A DNA stretch of 64,000 bases from contig CAVVMY010000016.1 in NCBI GenBank assembly GCA_963749405.1, forward strand, positions 16,414-80,413. The letters run 5' to 3'. How positions within the stretch are numbered: the first letter of the stretch is position 1; the number at the start of each line of letters is the position of its first letter. Source of the DNA: Candidatus Altiarchaeales archaeon. GTDB lineage: Archaea > Altiarchaeota > Altiarchaeia > IMC4 > QMZM01. The position numbers and the translations under genes were made by a program. The notes under the pieces were generated by a model. That model was not told the DNA's origin. It made no database searches and saw only the letters and a list, made by a program, of their open reading frames with translations. Below are positions 46,735-57,220 of the stretch, piece after piece.

Positions 46735-47545
46735 CCTTCAACTCATTTAGCAATTGCAAATCAATATCATGCAGCCGCCTGAGGGCCTTCGTGGGGATTC
46801 TATGTACGGGGATGGGACGCTCTTCGGTGGCCGCTTTGTAGACTGCATATATCTCATCGAAGACATCCGAATCGATGCCTTTGCCGATAACATATTCTTT
46901 AAGCCCCCTGGAAGTATATTGCTCTTTACGCATCCGGCACCTGAGTATGTAAAGCCCCCGAAGCCTGAGCACCAAAGACCTGATGGCGCCGGAATGATCA
47001 GAGTCCTTGACGTTCAAAATATGTTCCGATACCTTCAGGACGCTTTCAGTTAGCTCGTAATAGGCGGAAAGGTTCCTGTCGTCGGGCTTGATTGCCTTCA
47101 AATCCCTAAGCAGCGGCGCATTGATCACAGGAATACACTCTTGGACGATGGAGTAATAGCCTACCGGGTCCTTCTTTAGCCTCTGCCTAATCTCTTCCAA
47201 AGACCCGCTCTCGATATTCACCAGACCCTCCTTGTGGACAGGGATTGCCTTCTCAGAGACGATCAGAACGTCTATGTCCGACCCCCCGCCCGCCTCGCCC
47301 CGGACATAGGAGCCATAAAGGAACACGCCGGAAACATCCTCCAGATAAGGAGAAAGCACGCCAAGAATGTATTCTCTGACATTCAAAGGCTGGACGACGA
47401 CGCGTTGGCCGATCCATGCCTTCGGCAAATAGATAGTGCCGGAATGGCCGCGATCCATGACCTCTTTGACGACGGACTCGCTTAAAGGGATGTTTTGCAT
47501 TTTGTGTGGATATTTGTGGATACATAAATATGGAGATTGACTCAA
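46700..47545 (-). CDS. AbrB/SpoVT-like swapped-hairpin domain fused to minimal nucleotidyltransferase (MNT) domain protein
   Basis: GTIYLPKAWIGQRVVVQPL is AbrB-like. LYGSYVRGEAGGGSDIDVLIV is the GS...DxD nucleotidyltransferase motif. Confidence 0.5.
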   Translation of the reverse strand: MSQSPYLCIHKYPHKMQNIPLSESVVKEVMDRGHSGTIYLPKAWIGQRVVVQPLNVREYILGVLSPYLEDVSGVFLYGSYVRGEAGGGSDIDVLIVSEKAIPVHKEGLVNIESGSLEEIRQRLKKDPVGYYSIVQECIPVINAPLLRDLKAIKPDDRNLSAYYELTESVLKVSEHILNVKDSDHSGAIRSLVLRLRGLYILRCRMRKEQYTSRGLKEYVIGKGIDSDVFDEIYAVYKAATEERPIPVHRIPTKALRRLHDIDLQLLNELKDESQKKTKKGH

Positions 47546-47608
47546 TAAATAATAGAAGAATAACCTTAAAATTAGAAACAGTTATCCCTCGAAGACATCT
47601 TAAATAAC

Positions 47609-47645
47609 ATTATCATGATAATGTTGCAGTATTATCGTGATAATA
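47609..47645. promoter_or_regulatory. two operator-like palindromes ATTATC-N2-GATAAT and TATTATC-N3-GATAATA in a divergent intergenic region
   Basis: attatcatgataat (47609-47622, perfect 14-mer palindrome) and tattatcgtgataata (47630-47645). A related attatcagataat occurs at 20367-20379. Confidence 0.35.
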
Positions 47646-47862
47646 TTGCTCTAAAAAGGCCAAAAAGACGACAGATTGATCAGACACCATTATTAAATAA
47701 CAGTGAGCAAACATCTCAGTTAAAGATATCTACCCCCGATTTTTAAACCCCAATTCCAATATTCTAGAACTTATATATCGTCTTTTTCTCGGATGACGGA
47801 GTCTTCGGACAACGGCATGCCAGGGAATAACCGTTTATTGTAGTCATATTCGGATTAGTAAA

Positions 47863-48318
47863 ATGGCACGTATGCACACGCGTAGAAAGGGTAAATCCGG
47901 GTCCAAGCATCCTTCCAGGACCAGTAAACCGGATTTCGTAGCTTATGATCAAGGCGAGATTGAGGAGTTAATCGTCAAGCTTGCAAAGGAGGAGAATACT
48001 CCGAGTAAGATCGGCATCATCCTTCGGGATCAGTATGGCATTCCTTCTGTGAAAGATGTTACGGGTAAGAAGATTTATTTCTTTTTGCAGAAGAATAATG
48101 CTGCGCCTCCGTTGCCTGAGGATTTGCAGAATCTTATAATGAAGGCGCTCTCGCTGAGAAAGCATCTTGCCGGGAACGTTAAGGATAATCATAATAAGAG
48201 GAGTTTGCAGCTTGTGGAGTCGAAGATCCATAGGATGAGCAAGTATTACAGGAACTCAGGTAAGCTTCCTGAGACTTGGAGATATGATCCTGAGACTGCG
48301 AAGCTCTTGACGGCATAG
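47863..48318 (+). CDS. rps15: 30S ribosomal protein S15 (uS15/S13e)
   Basis: [17 protein letters not shown]... is archaeal uS15, 151 aa. Confidence 0.9.
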   Translation: MARMHTRRKGKSGSKHPSRTSKPDFVAYDQGEIEELIVKLAKEENTPSKIGIILRDQYGIPSVKDVTGKKIYFFLQKNNAAPPLPEDLQNLIMKALSLRKHLAGNVKDNHNKRSLQLVESKIHRMSKYYRNSGKLPETWRYDPETAKLLTA

Positions 48319-48323
48319 AGGAC

Positions 48324-48548
48324 ATGAAATATGTTGCCCGTCTTACGACTGAGTCCAAAGACGCGTCCAGTGTCTCTAGGGCTCTTAATGTCGACAACAT
48401 TAGGCTGGATGGTTTGAGGATTGTGTCCGGCATTTCGGGCGGCAGGATAGTAACGGAGATTGAGTCGGATAATTTGAAAACATTGGTTAATACGCTTGAC
48501 GACCTCATAAGTTGCCAGATGGCGGCTGAGAAGTTGTTAGGTGACTAA
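48324..48548 (+). CDS. small conserved protein, possibly KEOPS subunit Pcc1-like
   Basis: 74 aa with weak similarity to the Pcc1 pattern (ARLTTESKDASSVSRAL...TLVNTLDDLI). Assignment is tentative. Confidence 0.3.
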   Translation: MKYVARLTTESKDASSVSRALNVDNIRLDGLRIVSGISGGRIVTEIESDNLKTLVNTLDDLISCQMAAEKLLGD

Positions 48549-49110
48549 TAAAAAAATGGCTAAAGAGATGAGTTCATGGAAGCAGAAGACGCTTTATAAG
48601 ATTGTTTCCCCGGAGAATTTCGAGTCTAGGGAAGTGGGTAGCACGTTCGCCAGCGACCCTAAGAATCTGGTCGGCAGGAGGGTTGACATATCCTTGAAGG
48701 ATTTGACCGAGGATAGGACTAAGCAGCATCTTAAGGTTATCTTGGAAGTAACCGACGTAAAAGATGATAAGGCGTATACCAAGTTTAAGATTTTTGAGGC
48801 AAACCAGGGTTACTTGCATTCCAAGGTCAGGAAGGGTATGAGCAAGGTGGACTATATCGGTTTCATAGATTTGCAGGATGGCCGCGTGCGCGTGAAGATC
48901 ATGGCCGTAACCCATAAGAACGCCAAGTCTTCTCAGAGGAAGGAGATACTTGCCAGGATAAGTAAGACCGTTGAGGGGTATAAGAACAGCACTCTTAACG
49001 ACTTTATACAGGCTACTTTGTTCGGGAAGCTTGGGACCGAGATATACCACAACTCCAAGAATATAACGCCTATAAGCCGGGTGGAAGTCGAAGAAGTGAA
49101 AATTCTTTAG
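48541..49110 (+). CDS. rps3ae: 30S ribosomal protein S3Ae (eS1)
   Basis: 189 aa with an eS1 pattern (KQKTLYKIVSPENFESREVG...). Confidence 0.85.
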   Translation: MTNKKMAKEMSSWKQKTLYKIVSPENFESREVGSTFASDPKNLVGRRVDISLKDLTEDRTKQHLKVILEVTDVKDDKAYTKFKIFEANQGYLHSKVRKGMSKVDYIGFIDLQDGRVRVKIMAVTHKNAKSSQRKEILARISKTVEGYKNSTLNDFIQATLFGKLGTEIYHNSKNITPISRVEVEEVKIL

Positions 49111-49140
49111 AGAATTTTCATCCTCTGATCCTATTTTTTT

Positions 49141-49572
49141 TTAAGCGGTTGGCTGTCGGATTATTTTTTTCTCCGATACGTCCATTATCAGGAATATTTT
49201 CTTTTTTTCTCCTATGATGCTTGATTTTTCTATTATTTTATCTACTTCTTCGGCTTTGCATGAGGATTTGGAGGATAGGAGGAATACTGCTTCTTTTGGG
49301 GAGTATTCCAGGACTTTCCATAGGTGTTTGTATATTTCTTCCTGGTTTCCGAATTCTGTTGTGAATGTGATGTTCGGCTCGAGCCAGATGAGGTCGATTT
49401 TTCCGTGGTTTATCCCGTTTTTTATGATTGATGCGTTTTCTCTTACCGTGTAGCCCAGTTTTTCTCCGAGCTCTTTGTAGTATCTGAGGATTGCTTCGCG
49501 GAATTTCAGGCCTGATGAGCTTACGTAGCGGTCTAGGCTGTTTAGGTCGGTTATTTCTTTTATTTTTTCCAT
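49141..49572 (-). CDS. hypothetical protein (AT-rich)
   Basis: 143 aa ORF with no clear domain. A possible nuclease-like D...E pattern (GKIDLIWLEPNITFTTEFG) is weak. Confidence 0.35.
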   Translation of the reverse strand: MEKIKEITDLNSLDRYVSSSGLKFREAILRYYKELGEKLGYTVRENASIIKNGINHGKIDLIWLEPNITFTTEFGNQEEIYKHLWKVLEYSPKEAVFLLSSKSSCKAEEVDKIIEKSSIIGEKKKIFLIMDVSEKKIIRQPTA

Positions 49573-49581
49573 CTGGGGCTC

Positions 49582-51000
49582 TTATTCGAATGTTTTGCAG
49601 TATTTTATGGCTTGCGGTATCTTTTCCAGGACGTCTGCGGCTGTGAATGAGTAGCCTTTTTCGTCCATGCAAAGGTTTCCTGAGATGCCGGACAGGAATG
49701 CTGCGGCCGAGGCCGCCGTGAATGCGTCTGTTTTTGCTGCGAGTGCGCCTGTTATGCCTGCGAGGACGTCGCCTGTTCCTCCAACAGTCATGCCAGGGTT
49801 GTGAGTTCTGTTAAGCTTGGTCTTTTCGCCGTCTGATATGATATCTGTCGGCCCTTTTAGTAGGATGATTGTCTTTGTCTTTTTTGCTTTTTCTTCTACG
49901 ATTTTGACGCGTTCGCTGGTCGTCTCGGCTGCTTCTCCGAATAGGGTTTTGAATTCGATGATGTGCGGGGTCAGTATGTGGTTTGGTTTTAGGTGTCTTG
50001 GTTCTATGAGTTTTAATGCGTCTGCGTCTATCACTACTGGTTTGTCGGTTTTTCTAAGGAATTCCCTGACAAATGAGCGTGTCTCGTCTTGTAGGCCTAT
50101 CCCGTTTCCTAAAACGACTGAGTCGTAATTTAGGTTGAGGATTGCGTCTACGTCGGTTCCTGAGAGGTAGTATTCAGAAGCCGTCGGCCGGACTATCAGG
50201 ACTGGGTCCTGCTCTATCCTTTCCGCAACGTATCTTGGGCAGGCCAGCGTTACCAGGTCGATGCTTGTTCTGTATGCCGCTTTTGCTGCAAGCAGGGGCG
50301 CACCTAGGTAGTCTTTGCTTCCTCCGATAACTAGCAGCCTTCCGAAGTCTCCCTTGTGCTCCGAGCCGGTTCTTGGGGGGATGGCGTAGTATACGTCTCC
50401 CGGGCCGCAGTATGTTTCGGCTTCCTTTGGTATTCCGATGCTGGCTACTTGCGCATCCGGGGTCTTTGGGTATTGGAAGGAGATGGTCTTGTCTGCTTTG
50501 CAGCCGGGCGTTGGTACGTCCACTGCTATCTTCTTTGCCTTTGCAGAGTTCATAGACGTAACCAGGCTCTTTATAGGCTCTCTTAGTTCGCCTTTTGCTC
50601 CGACTCCGAGCAGGGCATCTACCAGCGTATCGTAGTTCGAGAGCTCTTTTTTTATCTCTTCGGATTGGCTTGAGTCGCTTACGTATATCAGTTTGATCGA
50701 AGGCAGTTTCTCTACGAGTTCGAGGTTTTTCTGTGCTGCATCTGTCCTCTTGCCGCAGACTGCATACACTGTAACCTTTTTTCCAGCAGATGATATGTGT
50801 CTTGCGGCTGCGAGGCCGTCTCCTCCGTTGTTTCCGCAGCCGCAGAAGACTGCAATGTTCGCTGAGGCTTCGCATGCTCTGGCTATTTCTTTTCCTGCGT
50901 TCTCCATGAGCAGTTCACGGGTTATGCCAAGGTACGCGCAGTTCATGTCCAGCAGCTTCGTACGCTTTGCCTGGGCTGCGGGATCGTCGTATTTATCCAT
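49582..51000 (-). CDS. nnr: bifunctional NAD(P)H-hydrate repair enzyme Nnr (YjeF_N epimerase + ADP-dependent dehydratase)
   Basis: N-terminal GCGNNGGDG and C-terminal [10 protein letters not shown] motifs. Confidence 0.85.
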   Translation of the reverse strand: MDKYDDPAAQAKRTKLLDMNCAYLGITRELLMENAGKEIARACEASANIAVFCGCGNNGGDGLAAARHISSAGKKVTVYAVCGKRTDAAQKNLELVEKLPSIKLIYVSDSSQSEEIKKELSNYDTLVDALLGVGAKGELREPIKSLVTSMNSAKAKKIAVDVPTPGCKADKTISFQYPKTPDAQVASIGIPKEAETYCGPGDVYYAIPPRTGSEHKGDFGRLLVIGGSKDYLGAPLLAAKAAYRTSIDLVTLACPRYVAERIEQDPVLIVRPTASEYYLSGTDVDAILNLNYDSVVLGNGIGLQDETRSFVREFLRKTDKPVVIDADALKLIEPRHLKPNHILTPHIIEFKTLFGEAAETTSERVKIVEEKAKKTKTIILLKGPTDIISDGEKTKLNRTHNPGMTVGGTGDVLAGITGALAAKTDAFTAASAAAFLSGISGNLCMDEKGYSFTAADVLEKIPQAIKYCKTFE

Positions 51001-53143
51001 ATGCTGGTGTGTTTAGTCTTTTTTTGCTTGCGGCTTCGAATTCGGGTATTGAGGGTTTTATTTTTTTGAGTGCTTTTTCGAAGTCGTCTGCGGTTACAGT
51101 GTCTGCTTTGAGGTTTTCTCTTAAGGCTATGAGCGCTGCTTCTCTGCATATGCCTTCTATGTCTGCGCCGCTGTATCCTTCGGTTTTTCTGACGAGGTCG
51201 TTTAGGTCTATTTCTTTTATGGGCATGTGTCTGGTGTGTACTTTGAATATTTCCAGTCTTGCGTCCTTGTCCGGCGGGGGTACCATTAGCTGGTAGTCGA
51301 ATCTTCCGGGCCGCAGGAGGGATGGGTCTATCATGTCTATGCGGTTTGTTGCGCCTATTACGATGACGTTCTCCAGGCTTTCTATTCCATCCATCTCTGT
51401 GAGTATCTGGTTTACCACTGTCTCGGTCACGTGTGAGCCGGAGTATGTTCCCCTCCTGGGCGCGATTGCGTCTATTTCGTCGAAGAGTATTATTGTCGGT
51501 GCTACTTGTTTTGCTTTCTTGAAGACTTCCCGTATTCCTTTCTCGGATTCGCCTACCCACATGGATAATAGCTGCGGGCCTTTGACTGCTATGAAGTTTG
51601 CTTCGGATTCGTTGGCGGCAGCTTTTGCGAGAAGCGTCTTTCCGCAGCCTGGCGGTCCCTGGAGGAGTATGGCCTTTGTCGGGCGGATGCCCATCCTCTT
51701 GAATGCTTCCGGGTGCTTCAGCGGCCACTCCACGGCTTCCTGCAGGCGCATCTTTACTTCGCCCAAGCCGCCTATGTCGCTCCATTTGATGTCCGGGATT
51801 TCCACGAGAACTTCACGCAGTGCAGACGGGCTCACATCTTTTAGGGCCTCCACGAAATCTGTCTTCCGGACTTTAAGAGTCTCAAGAACCGAGGTGGGTA
51901 TTTCTTCCTTGTCCAGATCGATTTTTGGCAGTATCTTCTTCAATGCCTTCATGGCTGATTCCCGGCTTAATGCGTCCAGGTCTGCGCCGACGAAGCCGTG
52001 TGTGGAGTTCGCTATCTCTTTTAGGTTCACGTCTTTGTCAAGGGGCATGCCGCGGGTATGTATCTGGAGGATCTCTTCTCTTCCTTCTTTGTCCGGAACG
52101 CCTATCTCTATCTCCCGGTCGAATCTGCCCGGCCTCCTTAGAGCGGGGTCTATTGCATCCTCGCGGTTCGTCGCAGCGATGACTATGACGTTGCCGCGTG
52201 CCTCCATCCCATCCATCAAAGCGAGGAGCTGGGCTACGACACGCCGCTCGACTTCTCCCCGTGTCTCCTCACGCTTCGGGGCAATGGAGTCTACCTCGTC
52301 TATGAAAATAATCGACGGAGCATTCTCCTCGGCTTCCTTGAAGATCTCCCGAAGCTTTCGCTCGCTCTCCCCGTAATACTTGTCCATGATCTCCGGACCG
52401 TTAAGGGAGATGAAGTGCGCATTCGTCTCCGAGGCAACGGCTTTTGCAATAAGGGTCTTCCCGGTTCCCGGCGGCCCGAATAAGAGAACCCCCTTGGGGG
52501 GCTTAATCCCAAGCCGCTCAAAGAGCTCAGGATGCTTCATCGGAAGCTCTATCATTTCACGTACCCTGCCCAGTTCATCCTTGAGGCCTCCTATGTCCTC
52601 GTATCTGACCGCCGGAGCCTCTGGAACAACCATGGGTTTTCCTTTGATCTCAAGGTCTGTAACATCCTGTATCTGGACTATTCCCTTAGGGTTCGTAGCC
52701 GCTACCACGAAAGGTATGGCCTGCCCAAGTACGCCGATGGATATTTTGTCGCCTTTGACAAGAGGTCTTCCGATCATCCTCTGCTTCACGTGGGTGGCGA
52801 AGTCTTCTCCGAACTTTATCTCATGCATCGTGGGTGCGATAGTGACCTCTTTTGCAGGGGACGTCTTAGACTTGCGAACCTTGACCTTGTCCCCTAAGGA
52901 GGAATCCGAGTTCTGCCTGATGAGGCCATCCATGCGGATAATGTCAAGGCCAAAGTCCTGCGGATGAGACTGCCACACAATAGCGGCAGTCGTCTTTTTA
53001 CCTTCTATCTCCACGATATCCCCGGAGGTAAGGTCGAGGGCCTCCATAGTAGAACTGTCCATGCGGACGATGCCGCGGGAAACATCGTTATGCAAGGCCT
53101 CCGCCACCCTTAGATCGATTTTTTTCTCCGCCATTTTGCTCAA
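50993..53143 (-). CDS. cdc48: CDC48/VCP-like AAA+ ATPase (two AAA domains)
   Basis: 716 aa with an N-domain and two Walker A/B AAA modules ([16 protein letters not shown]). Confidence 0.9.
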   Translation of the reverse strand: MSKMAEKKIDLRVAEALHNDVSRGIVRMDSSTMEALDLTSGDIVEIEGKKTTAAIVWQSHPQDFGLDIIRMDGLIRQNSDSSLGDKVKVRKSKTSPAKEVTIAPTMHEIKFGEDFATHVKQRMIGRPLVKGDKISIGVLGQAIPFVVAATNPKGIVQIQDVTDLEIKGKPMVVPEAPAVRYEDIGGLKDELGRVREMIELPMKHPELFERLGIKPPKGVLLFGPPGTGKTLIAKAVASETNAHFISLNGPEIMDKYYGESERKLREIFKEAEENAPSIIFIDEVDSIAPKREETRGEVERRVVAQLLALMDGMEARGNVIVIAATNREDAIDPALRRPGRFDREIEIGVPDKEGREEILQIHTRGMPLDKDVNLKEIANSTHGFVGADLDALSRESAMKALKKILPKIDLDKEEIPTSVLETLKVRKTDFVEALKDVSPSALREVLVEIPDIKWSDIGGLGEVKMRLQEAVEWPLKHPEAFKRMGIRPTKAILLQGPPGCGKTLLAKAAANESEANFIAVKGPQLLSMWVGESEKGIREVFKKAKQVAPTIILFDEIDAIAPRRGTYSGSHVTETVVNQILTEMDGIESLENVIVIGATNRIDMIDPSLLRPGRFDYQLMVPPPDKDARLEIFKVHTRHMPIKEIDLNDLVRKTEGYSGADIEGICREAALIALRENLKADTVTADDFEKALKKIKPSIPEFEAASKKRLNTPAYG

Positions 53144-53235
53144 ATGAATAGAAAATACAAAGAATATATTCTATATTACTTTTCAAAGAATTAAATCGGA
53201 GCCCCTATAAGCAGTTTAAAACGCTTCCAGACGAT

Positions 53236-53463
53236 TCACACGCCTTTCTCCGAAACCACAAAGCCGTCTTCCCATCTGGGAACGATCTTCTTCAGATCCC
53301 CGGGAAACGCATCCTTCAGCACTCCCGGCGCATCCTTCCTGCAAACGTTCCTCACATCCATGACATAATGAGTCTCCTCGGTCTCAGGAACACCTTCAAG
53401 CTCTTTGGAAAACTCCTCAAGCAATGCAACACCTTCCTTACGAATCTTTTCTCTGTCAAGCAT
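53236..53463 (-). CDS. gatC: Asp/Glu-tRNA amidotransferase subunit C-like (short)
   Basis: 75 aa. The C-terminal NVCRKDAP...DGFVVSEKGV resembles the GatC C-terminal consensus (NVFRED...DGxFxVPK). Confidence 0.5.
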   Translation of the reverse strand: MLDREKIRKEGVALLEEFSKELEGVPETEETHYVMDVRNVCRKDAPGVLKDAFPGDLKKIVPRWEDGFVVSEKGV

Positions 53464-53467
53464 TTTA

Positions 53468-54670
53468 TCAGACCAGGAACTTCTTAGCCAAAGGCAGGAT
53501 CTTAGGTGCCTTCTTGATGAATCTCTTCACAAGGAAACCATACTCCCCCTCAACAATGCGGGCAATGTCATCGCTGCTAAGGATATCAGCCAAAGTATCC
53601 AGGTTATTAGCATCCAGTTTCTCCATAAAAGACCGCAATTTCAAAAGCTTCTGCGCCTTCACGCCATCGCCAGCCCTCCACAGAGTATCATACTCCAAGA
53701 GCCGCCCCCTGGAAACATCGCCCTCAGACAAAGCCTTAGCACCCACCTCTCCGGCGATCTTCGCAGCATACATGGCCATAGAAATGCCCCCGCCATGTAT
53801 CGGATTAACCTGATGAGCCGCATCACCCACCACCATCAAGCCATCCGCGACAAGACACTCAAGAGCCGAACCAACCGGTATCCCACCGCTATTTATCTCA
53901 ATCGGGCTTGCCCCTGCAAATATCTCCGGATGACTCCCAATAAAACGGTCAAGATAATACTGCGCCTTCCGCCCGGGCTCGGACATCTTCCCAAGTATGC
54001 CAACCCCCACATTAGCTATATCATTCCCCTTCGGGAAAATCCAAACATAACCCTTAGGAGCAGTATCATCGCCAAAAAAGATATGCAAAAGATTACTTCT
54101 ATCAATCTTCAAACCAGCCATCTCATACTGGAACCCGGAATGATAATCAGTAAGAGAATTCACAGTCCTTAAGCCCGCAGACTTCGCAACCATAGAATCC
54201 ACACCATCAGCAGCTATAACCAAACGAGACCGGATACGATAACTCTCACCCATAAAATCAGCCTCAACACCAGCCACCCGCCCACCCTCCAATATAACAC
54301 CAGAAGCCAAAGTCTTCACCATATACCTCGCACCACGGCTCACGGCCTCGGAAGCCAAAAACTTCTCAAAAACCTTCCTCTCCAAAATATAACCAACCCT
54401 ATCGCCAAACACAAGCTCCAAAGACTTACCACCAGGAGCATAAAGAACAGCACCATTAATCTTCTGAACAGCCCACCGAGGATCAGGCACAAGACCAACA
54501 CGCCTCAAACCACTAGCATTAATCGCCTCAGCACACCTCTTAGGCGAGCCGATCTCCTGACGCTTATCTAGTACCAGGGTCTTCACGCCTCTCTCAGCCA
54601 AGGTCCTGGCAGCAATACTCCCAGCAGGCCCCGCCCCCACCACAACGGCATCAAACTGCAAATCTCGCAT
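53468..54670 (-). CDS. geranylgeranyl reductase family (digeranylgeranylglycerophospholipid reductase)
   Basis: FAD-binding N-terminus DAVVVGAGPAGSIAARTLAERGVKTLVLDKR, 400 aa. Confidence 0.85.
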   Translation of the reverse strand: MRDLQFDAVVVGAGPAGSIAARTLAERGVKTLVLDKRQEIGSPKRCAEAINASGLRRVGLVPDPRWAVQKINGAVLYAPGGKSLELVFGDRVGYILERKVFEKFLASEAVSRGARYMVKTLASGVILEGGRVAGVEADFMGESYRIRSRLVIAADGVDSMVAKSAGLRTVNSLTDYHSGFQYEMAGLKIDRSNLLHIFFGDDTAPKGYVWIFPKGNDIANVGVGILGKMSEPGRKAQYYLDRFIGSHPEIFAGASPIEINSGGIPVGSALECLVADGLMVVGDAAHQVNPIHGGGISMAMYAAKIAGEVGAKALSEGDVSRGRLLEYDTLWRAGDGVKAQKLLKLRSFMEKLDANNLDTLADILSSDDIARIVEGEYGFLVKRFIKKAPKILPLAKKFLV

Positions 54671-54677
54671 CTTTTCT

Positions 54678-54857
54678 TTAAATCAAACGCAAAGCATCCA
54701 CAGGACAAAACTTCACACACGTCCCACACTTCACACACTTACCCTCATCCACAAAAAGAATCGTATCACGCAACTCCAAAGCATCCGCCGGACAAACGCC
54801 AACACAGCCACCACAATAACAGCACTTCGCCCGATCGACGTCCAATTTGCCTGCCAT
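54678..54857 (-). CDS. 2x[4Fe-4S] ferredoxin (59 aa), immediately upstream of the GGR gene
   Basis: Manual translation gives MAGKLDVDRAKCCYCGGCVGVCPADALELRDTILFVDEGKCVKCGTCVKFCPVDALRLI. The ORF track shows only a different-frame ORF here (54731-55018). Confidence 0.7.
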   Translation of the reverse strand: MAGKLDVDRAKCCYCGGCVGVCPADALELRDTILFVDEGKCVKCGTCVKFCPVDALRLI

Positions 54858-54921
54858 TTTGTATCTATTATATAACTACGCCTATAAAAAATGTTTACAA
54901 ATCCTAAAATACGACCCCATA

Positions 54922-54957
54922 AACAGTGGGGTCTGAAGACCCCACACTTCTTTTGCC
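54922..54957 (-). promoter_or_regulatory. conserved tRNA-trailer hairpin element (copy 3 of 3)
   Basis: Plus strand reads AACAGTGG-GGTCTGAAGACC-CCACACTTCTTTTGCC, followed by GGGCATGCCC and CCTCCCT-AA-GGGAGG hairpins before the tRNA 3' end. Confidence 0.5.
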
Positions 54958-55011
54958 CCTTCCAGGGCATGCCCTCGGCATTTGGGATGATAACCTCCCT
55001 AAGGGAGGCTA

Positions 55012-55085
55012 TGCCCACGCCGGGATTCGAACCCGGGTCAAGGGATCCGCAATCCCCCAGGATGTCCTAGCTACCCCACGTGGGC
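55012..55085 (-). tRNA. tRNA (74 nt); anticodon ambiguous between Arg(GCG) and Ala(TGC) by hand-folding
   Basis: Acceptor is GCCCACG/CGTGGGC plus A. T-arm is CCGGG-TTCGAAT-CCCGG. The anticodon region is CTGGGGGATTGCGGATCCCT. The better-paired fold gives loop TTGCGGA (GCG). C3:G70 argues against Ala. Confidence 0.75.
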
Positions 55086-55231
55086 TACTTGATAGTATTC
55101 CGATTAAATGCTTTTAAGTGGTTGGAACCTGCCAAAATAGTTTTAAGAGGATTGAGATAATCAGAGAAGAAAAAAGGGATAAGAAACGGGCGTGGATACC
55201 GCCAAGAACGAATAAACATATAACTATCCGC

Positions 55232-55882
55232 TTATTCCGCCAAGCCCCTTATATACCCGTTTTCTGTGTGTGTTGCTGTGATTGCACTCGTGGTCGCCTT
55301 GTAGGTCATTACAACCATCATATTGTATACAGCACCTGTTGGCACCGAAGTACAGCCCGTACCTGAGACGCTGAACACTTCGCCCGACAGAACGTTGGAT
55401 GATGAGGGAGTTACTGTACCACAAGAACCGCCGGAGATTGTCTCATTCAGGGATACGCTAATTACTCTTATAGGCGATCCTGCATCGTTTGTGAAAGTCG
55501 CGTTAAAGTTGGTGCCCTTGTATGCCACGCTCGGCATCATAGGATTCACTCTAACGAAGCCGGTCTCTACCGGCCCCCCTTGCCCGGCGTTGAAGACGCC
55601 AAGCTGCCAGAGAATTAAACCGACGACCATAACCACCAGTATGGCCCATCCGTAAGACATCAGGTACTCCATTGCCCCCTGTCCCCTGTTGTCCATATAA
55701 AACGAGATAGGCATGTTTACATGACCCAAGATAAAAGCAAAAATCAGAAGTATGATTAAGCCTGCTAAAAAAACAGCGGCTATAGTTGCGAAGTCTATTG
55801 GAGTTAAGTTGTTACTCTCGTTTATCACCTGATTGACTGAGTCTATTAATGGATTGGCAAATGCAACCAAAGTATTTCTCAT
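55232..55882 (-). CDS. class III signal peptide (archaeal type IV pilin-like) protein, diverged paralog
   Basis: Contains RGQGAMEYLMSYGWAILVVMVVGLILWQLGVFNAGQ (class III signal/prepilin cleavage-like motif plus hydrophobic mature N-terminus). The annotated ORF has an upstream extension, so the true start is likely near MDNRGQG. Confidence 0.6.
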   Translation of the reverse strand: MRNTLVAFANPLIDSVNQVINESNNLTPIDFATIAAVFLAGLIILLIFAFILGHVNMPISFYMDNRGQGAMEYLMSYGWAILVVMVVGLILWQLGVFNAGQGGPVETGFVRVNPMMPSVAYKGTNFNATFTNDAGSPIRVISVSLNETISGGSCGTVTPSSSNVLSGEVFSVSGTGCTSVPTGAVYNMMVVMTYKATTSAITATHTENGYIRGLAE

Positions 55883-56017
55883 CTTTACTATATTAAAAAA
55901 TTTGTATTCAGGTACTATAAATATATAACAGACAGTAGGTAATAGTTGGAGAAAAAAAGGATAAGAAGAAAAGGTGCATACCGCACCCCCATAACAGATA
56001 AAATATATAGTTATCCG

Positions 56018-56491
56018 TTATTCACCTTCGCCCCTTATGTAGCCGGTTTCTGTGTGCATTGTGGTGTATCCAGCCAGGCTCGAGTTGTAGGTTATTATAA
56101 TCATCATATTGTATGCAGCACCGGTTATCACCGAGGGACAGGTCGTACCTGCAAGGTTGAACACCCCACCCGCCATAACAGGGGCTGAGGGAACTACTAA
56201 GGTAGTACAATTAACGCCGTTAATCGTCTCATTCATGATCACAGTCATTAGTCTTATAGGCGCACCTACGTTATTCGTGAAAGTCGCGTTAAAGGCCGTA
56301 GTCTTATACACAACGCTCGGCATCAAAGGATTCAACCTGACGAAACCAGTCCCTACCGGGGCTCCCTGTCCTGAATTGAAGACCCCAAGCTGCCATAGGA
56401 CTACACCAACTATCATAACGACGAGTATTGCCCATCCATAGGTCATCAGATACTCCATAGCACCCTGACCCTTGTTTCCTAGATATTCCAT
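56018..56491 (-). CDS. class III signal peptide pilin-like protein (copy A)
   Basis: MEYLGNKGQGAMEYLMTYGWAILVVMIVGVVLWQLGVFNSGQ..., 157 aa. Confidence 0.7.
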   Translation of the reverse strand: MEYLGNKGQGAMEYLMTYGWAILVVMIVGVVLWQLGVFNSGQGAPVGTGFVRLNPLMPSVVYKTTAFNATFTNNVGAPIRLMTVIMNETINGVNCTTLVVPSAPVMAGGVFNLAGTTCPSVITGAAYNMMIIITYNSSLAGYTTMHTETGYIRGEGE

Positions 56492-56746
56492 TTTAAATCT
56501 GTCCTCTGTTTTTTGTTTTTAATTTCTTAACATATGTATAAAGTATGACATTTTCTAATATAAATACTTTCCGGTGAGGAAAATGCTAAGATACTCCATA
56601 GTCTTTACTAAGAAGACTGCTGATGTCCGTGGCCAAGCCATTGGTCTTAGACATGCGCCGATTTGTAATCAGATAAAGAAAAAAGATAAGAAAGGAGGGT
56701 GCTGGGATACCGCACCCCCATAACAGATAAAATATATAGTTATCCG

Positions 56747-57220
56747 TTATTCACCTTCGCCCCTTATGTAGCCGGTTTCTGTGTGCATTGTGGTGTATCC
56801 AGCCAGGCTCGAGTTGTAGGTTATTATAATCATCATATTGTATGCAGCACCGGTTATCACCGAGGGACAGGTCGTACCTGCAAGGTTGAACACCCCACCC
56901 GCCATAACAGGGGCTGAGGGAACTACTAAGGTAGTACAATTAACGCCGTTAATCGTCTCATTCATGATCACAGTCATTAGTCTTATAGGCGCACCTACGT
57001 TATTCGTGAAAGTCGCGTTAAAGGCCGTAGTCTTATACACAACGCTCGGCATCAAAGGATTCAACCTGACGAAACCAGTCTCTACCGGGGCTCCCTGTCC
57101 TGAATTGAAGACCCCAAGCTGCCATAGGACTACACCAACTATCATAACGACGAGTATTGCCCATCCATAGGTCATCAGATACTCCATAGCACCCTGACCC
57201 TTGTTTCCTAAGTATTTCAT
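56747..57220 (-). CDS. class III signal peptide pilin-like protein (copy B)
   Basis: 98-99% identical to copy A (MKYLGNKGQGAMEYL...). Confidence 0.7.
   Translation of the reverse strand: MKYLGNKGQGAMEYLMTYGWAILVVMIVGVVLWQLGVFNSGQGAPVETGFVRLNPLMPSVVYKTTAFNATFTNNVGAPIRLMTVIMNETINGVNCTTLVVPSAPVMAGGVFNLAGTTCPSVITGAAYNMMIIITYNSSLAGYTTMHTETGYIRGEGE

Noticed and set aside
51333-52376. 347 aa Ser-rich ORF antisense to CDC48
   Set aside because: Shadow ORF. CDC48 AAA motifs are on the other strand.
54731-55018. 95 aa minus-strand ORF from the ORF track upstream of GGR
   Set aside because: A different frame over the same DNA encodes a textbook 2x[4Fe-4S] ferredoxin. The 95 aa ORF also runs into the tRNA-trailer hairpins.
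55012-55085. Assigning this tRNA as tRNA-Ala(TGC)
   Set aside because: The Ala fold leaves a G-A mismatch in the anticodon stem, and the gene lacks the near-universal G3:U70 Ala identity pair (it has C3:G70). The Arg(GCG) fold pairs better, but the anticodon call is left ambiguous.
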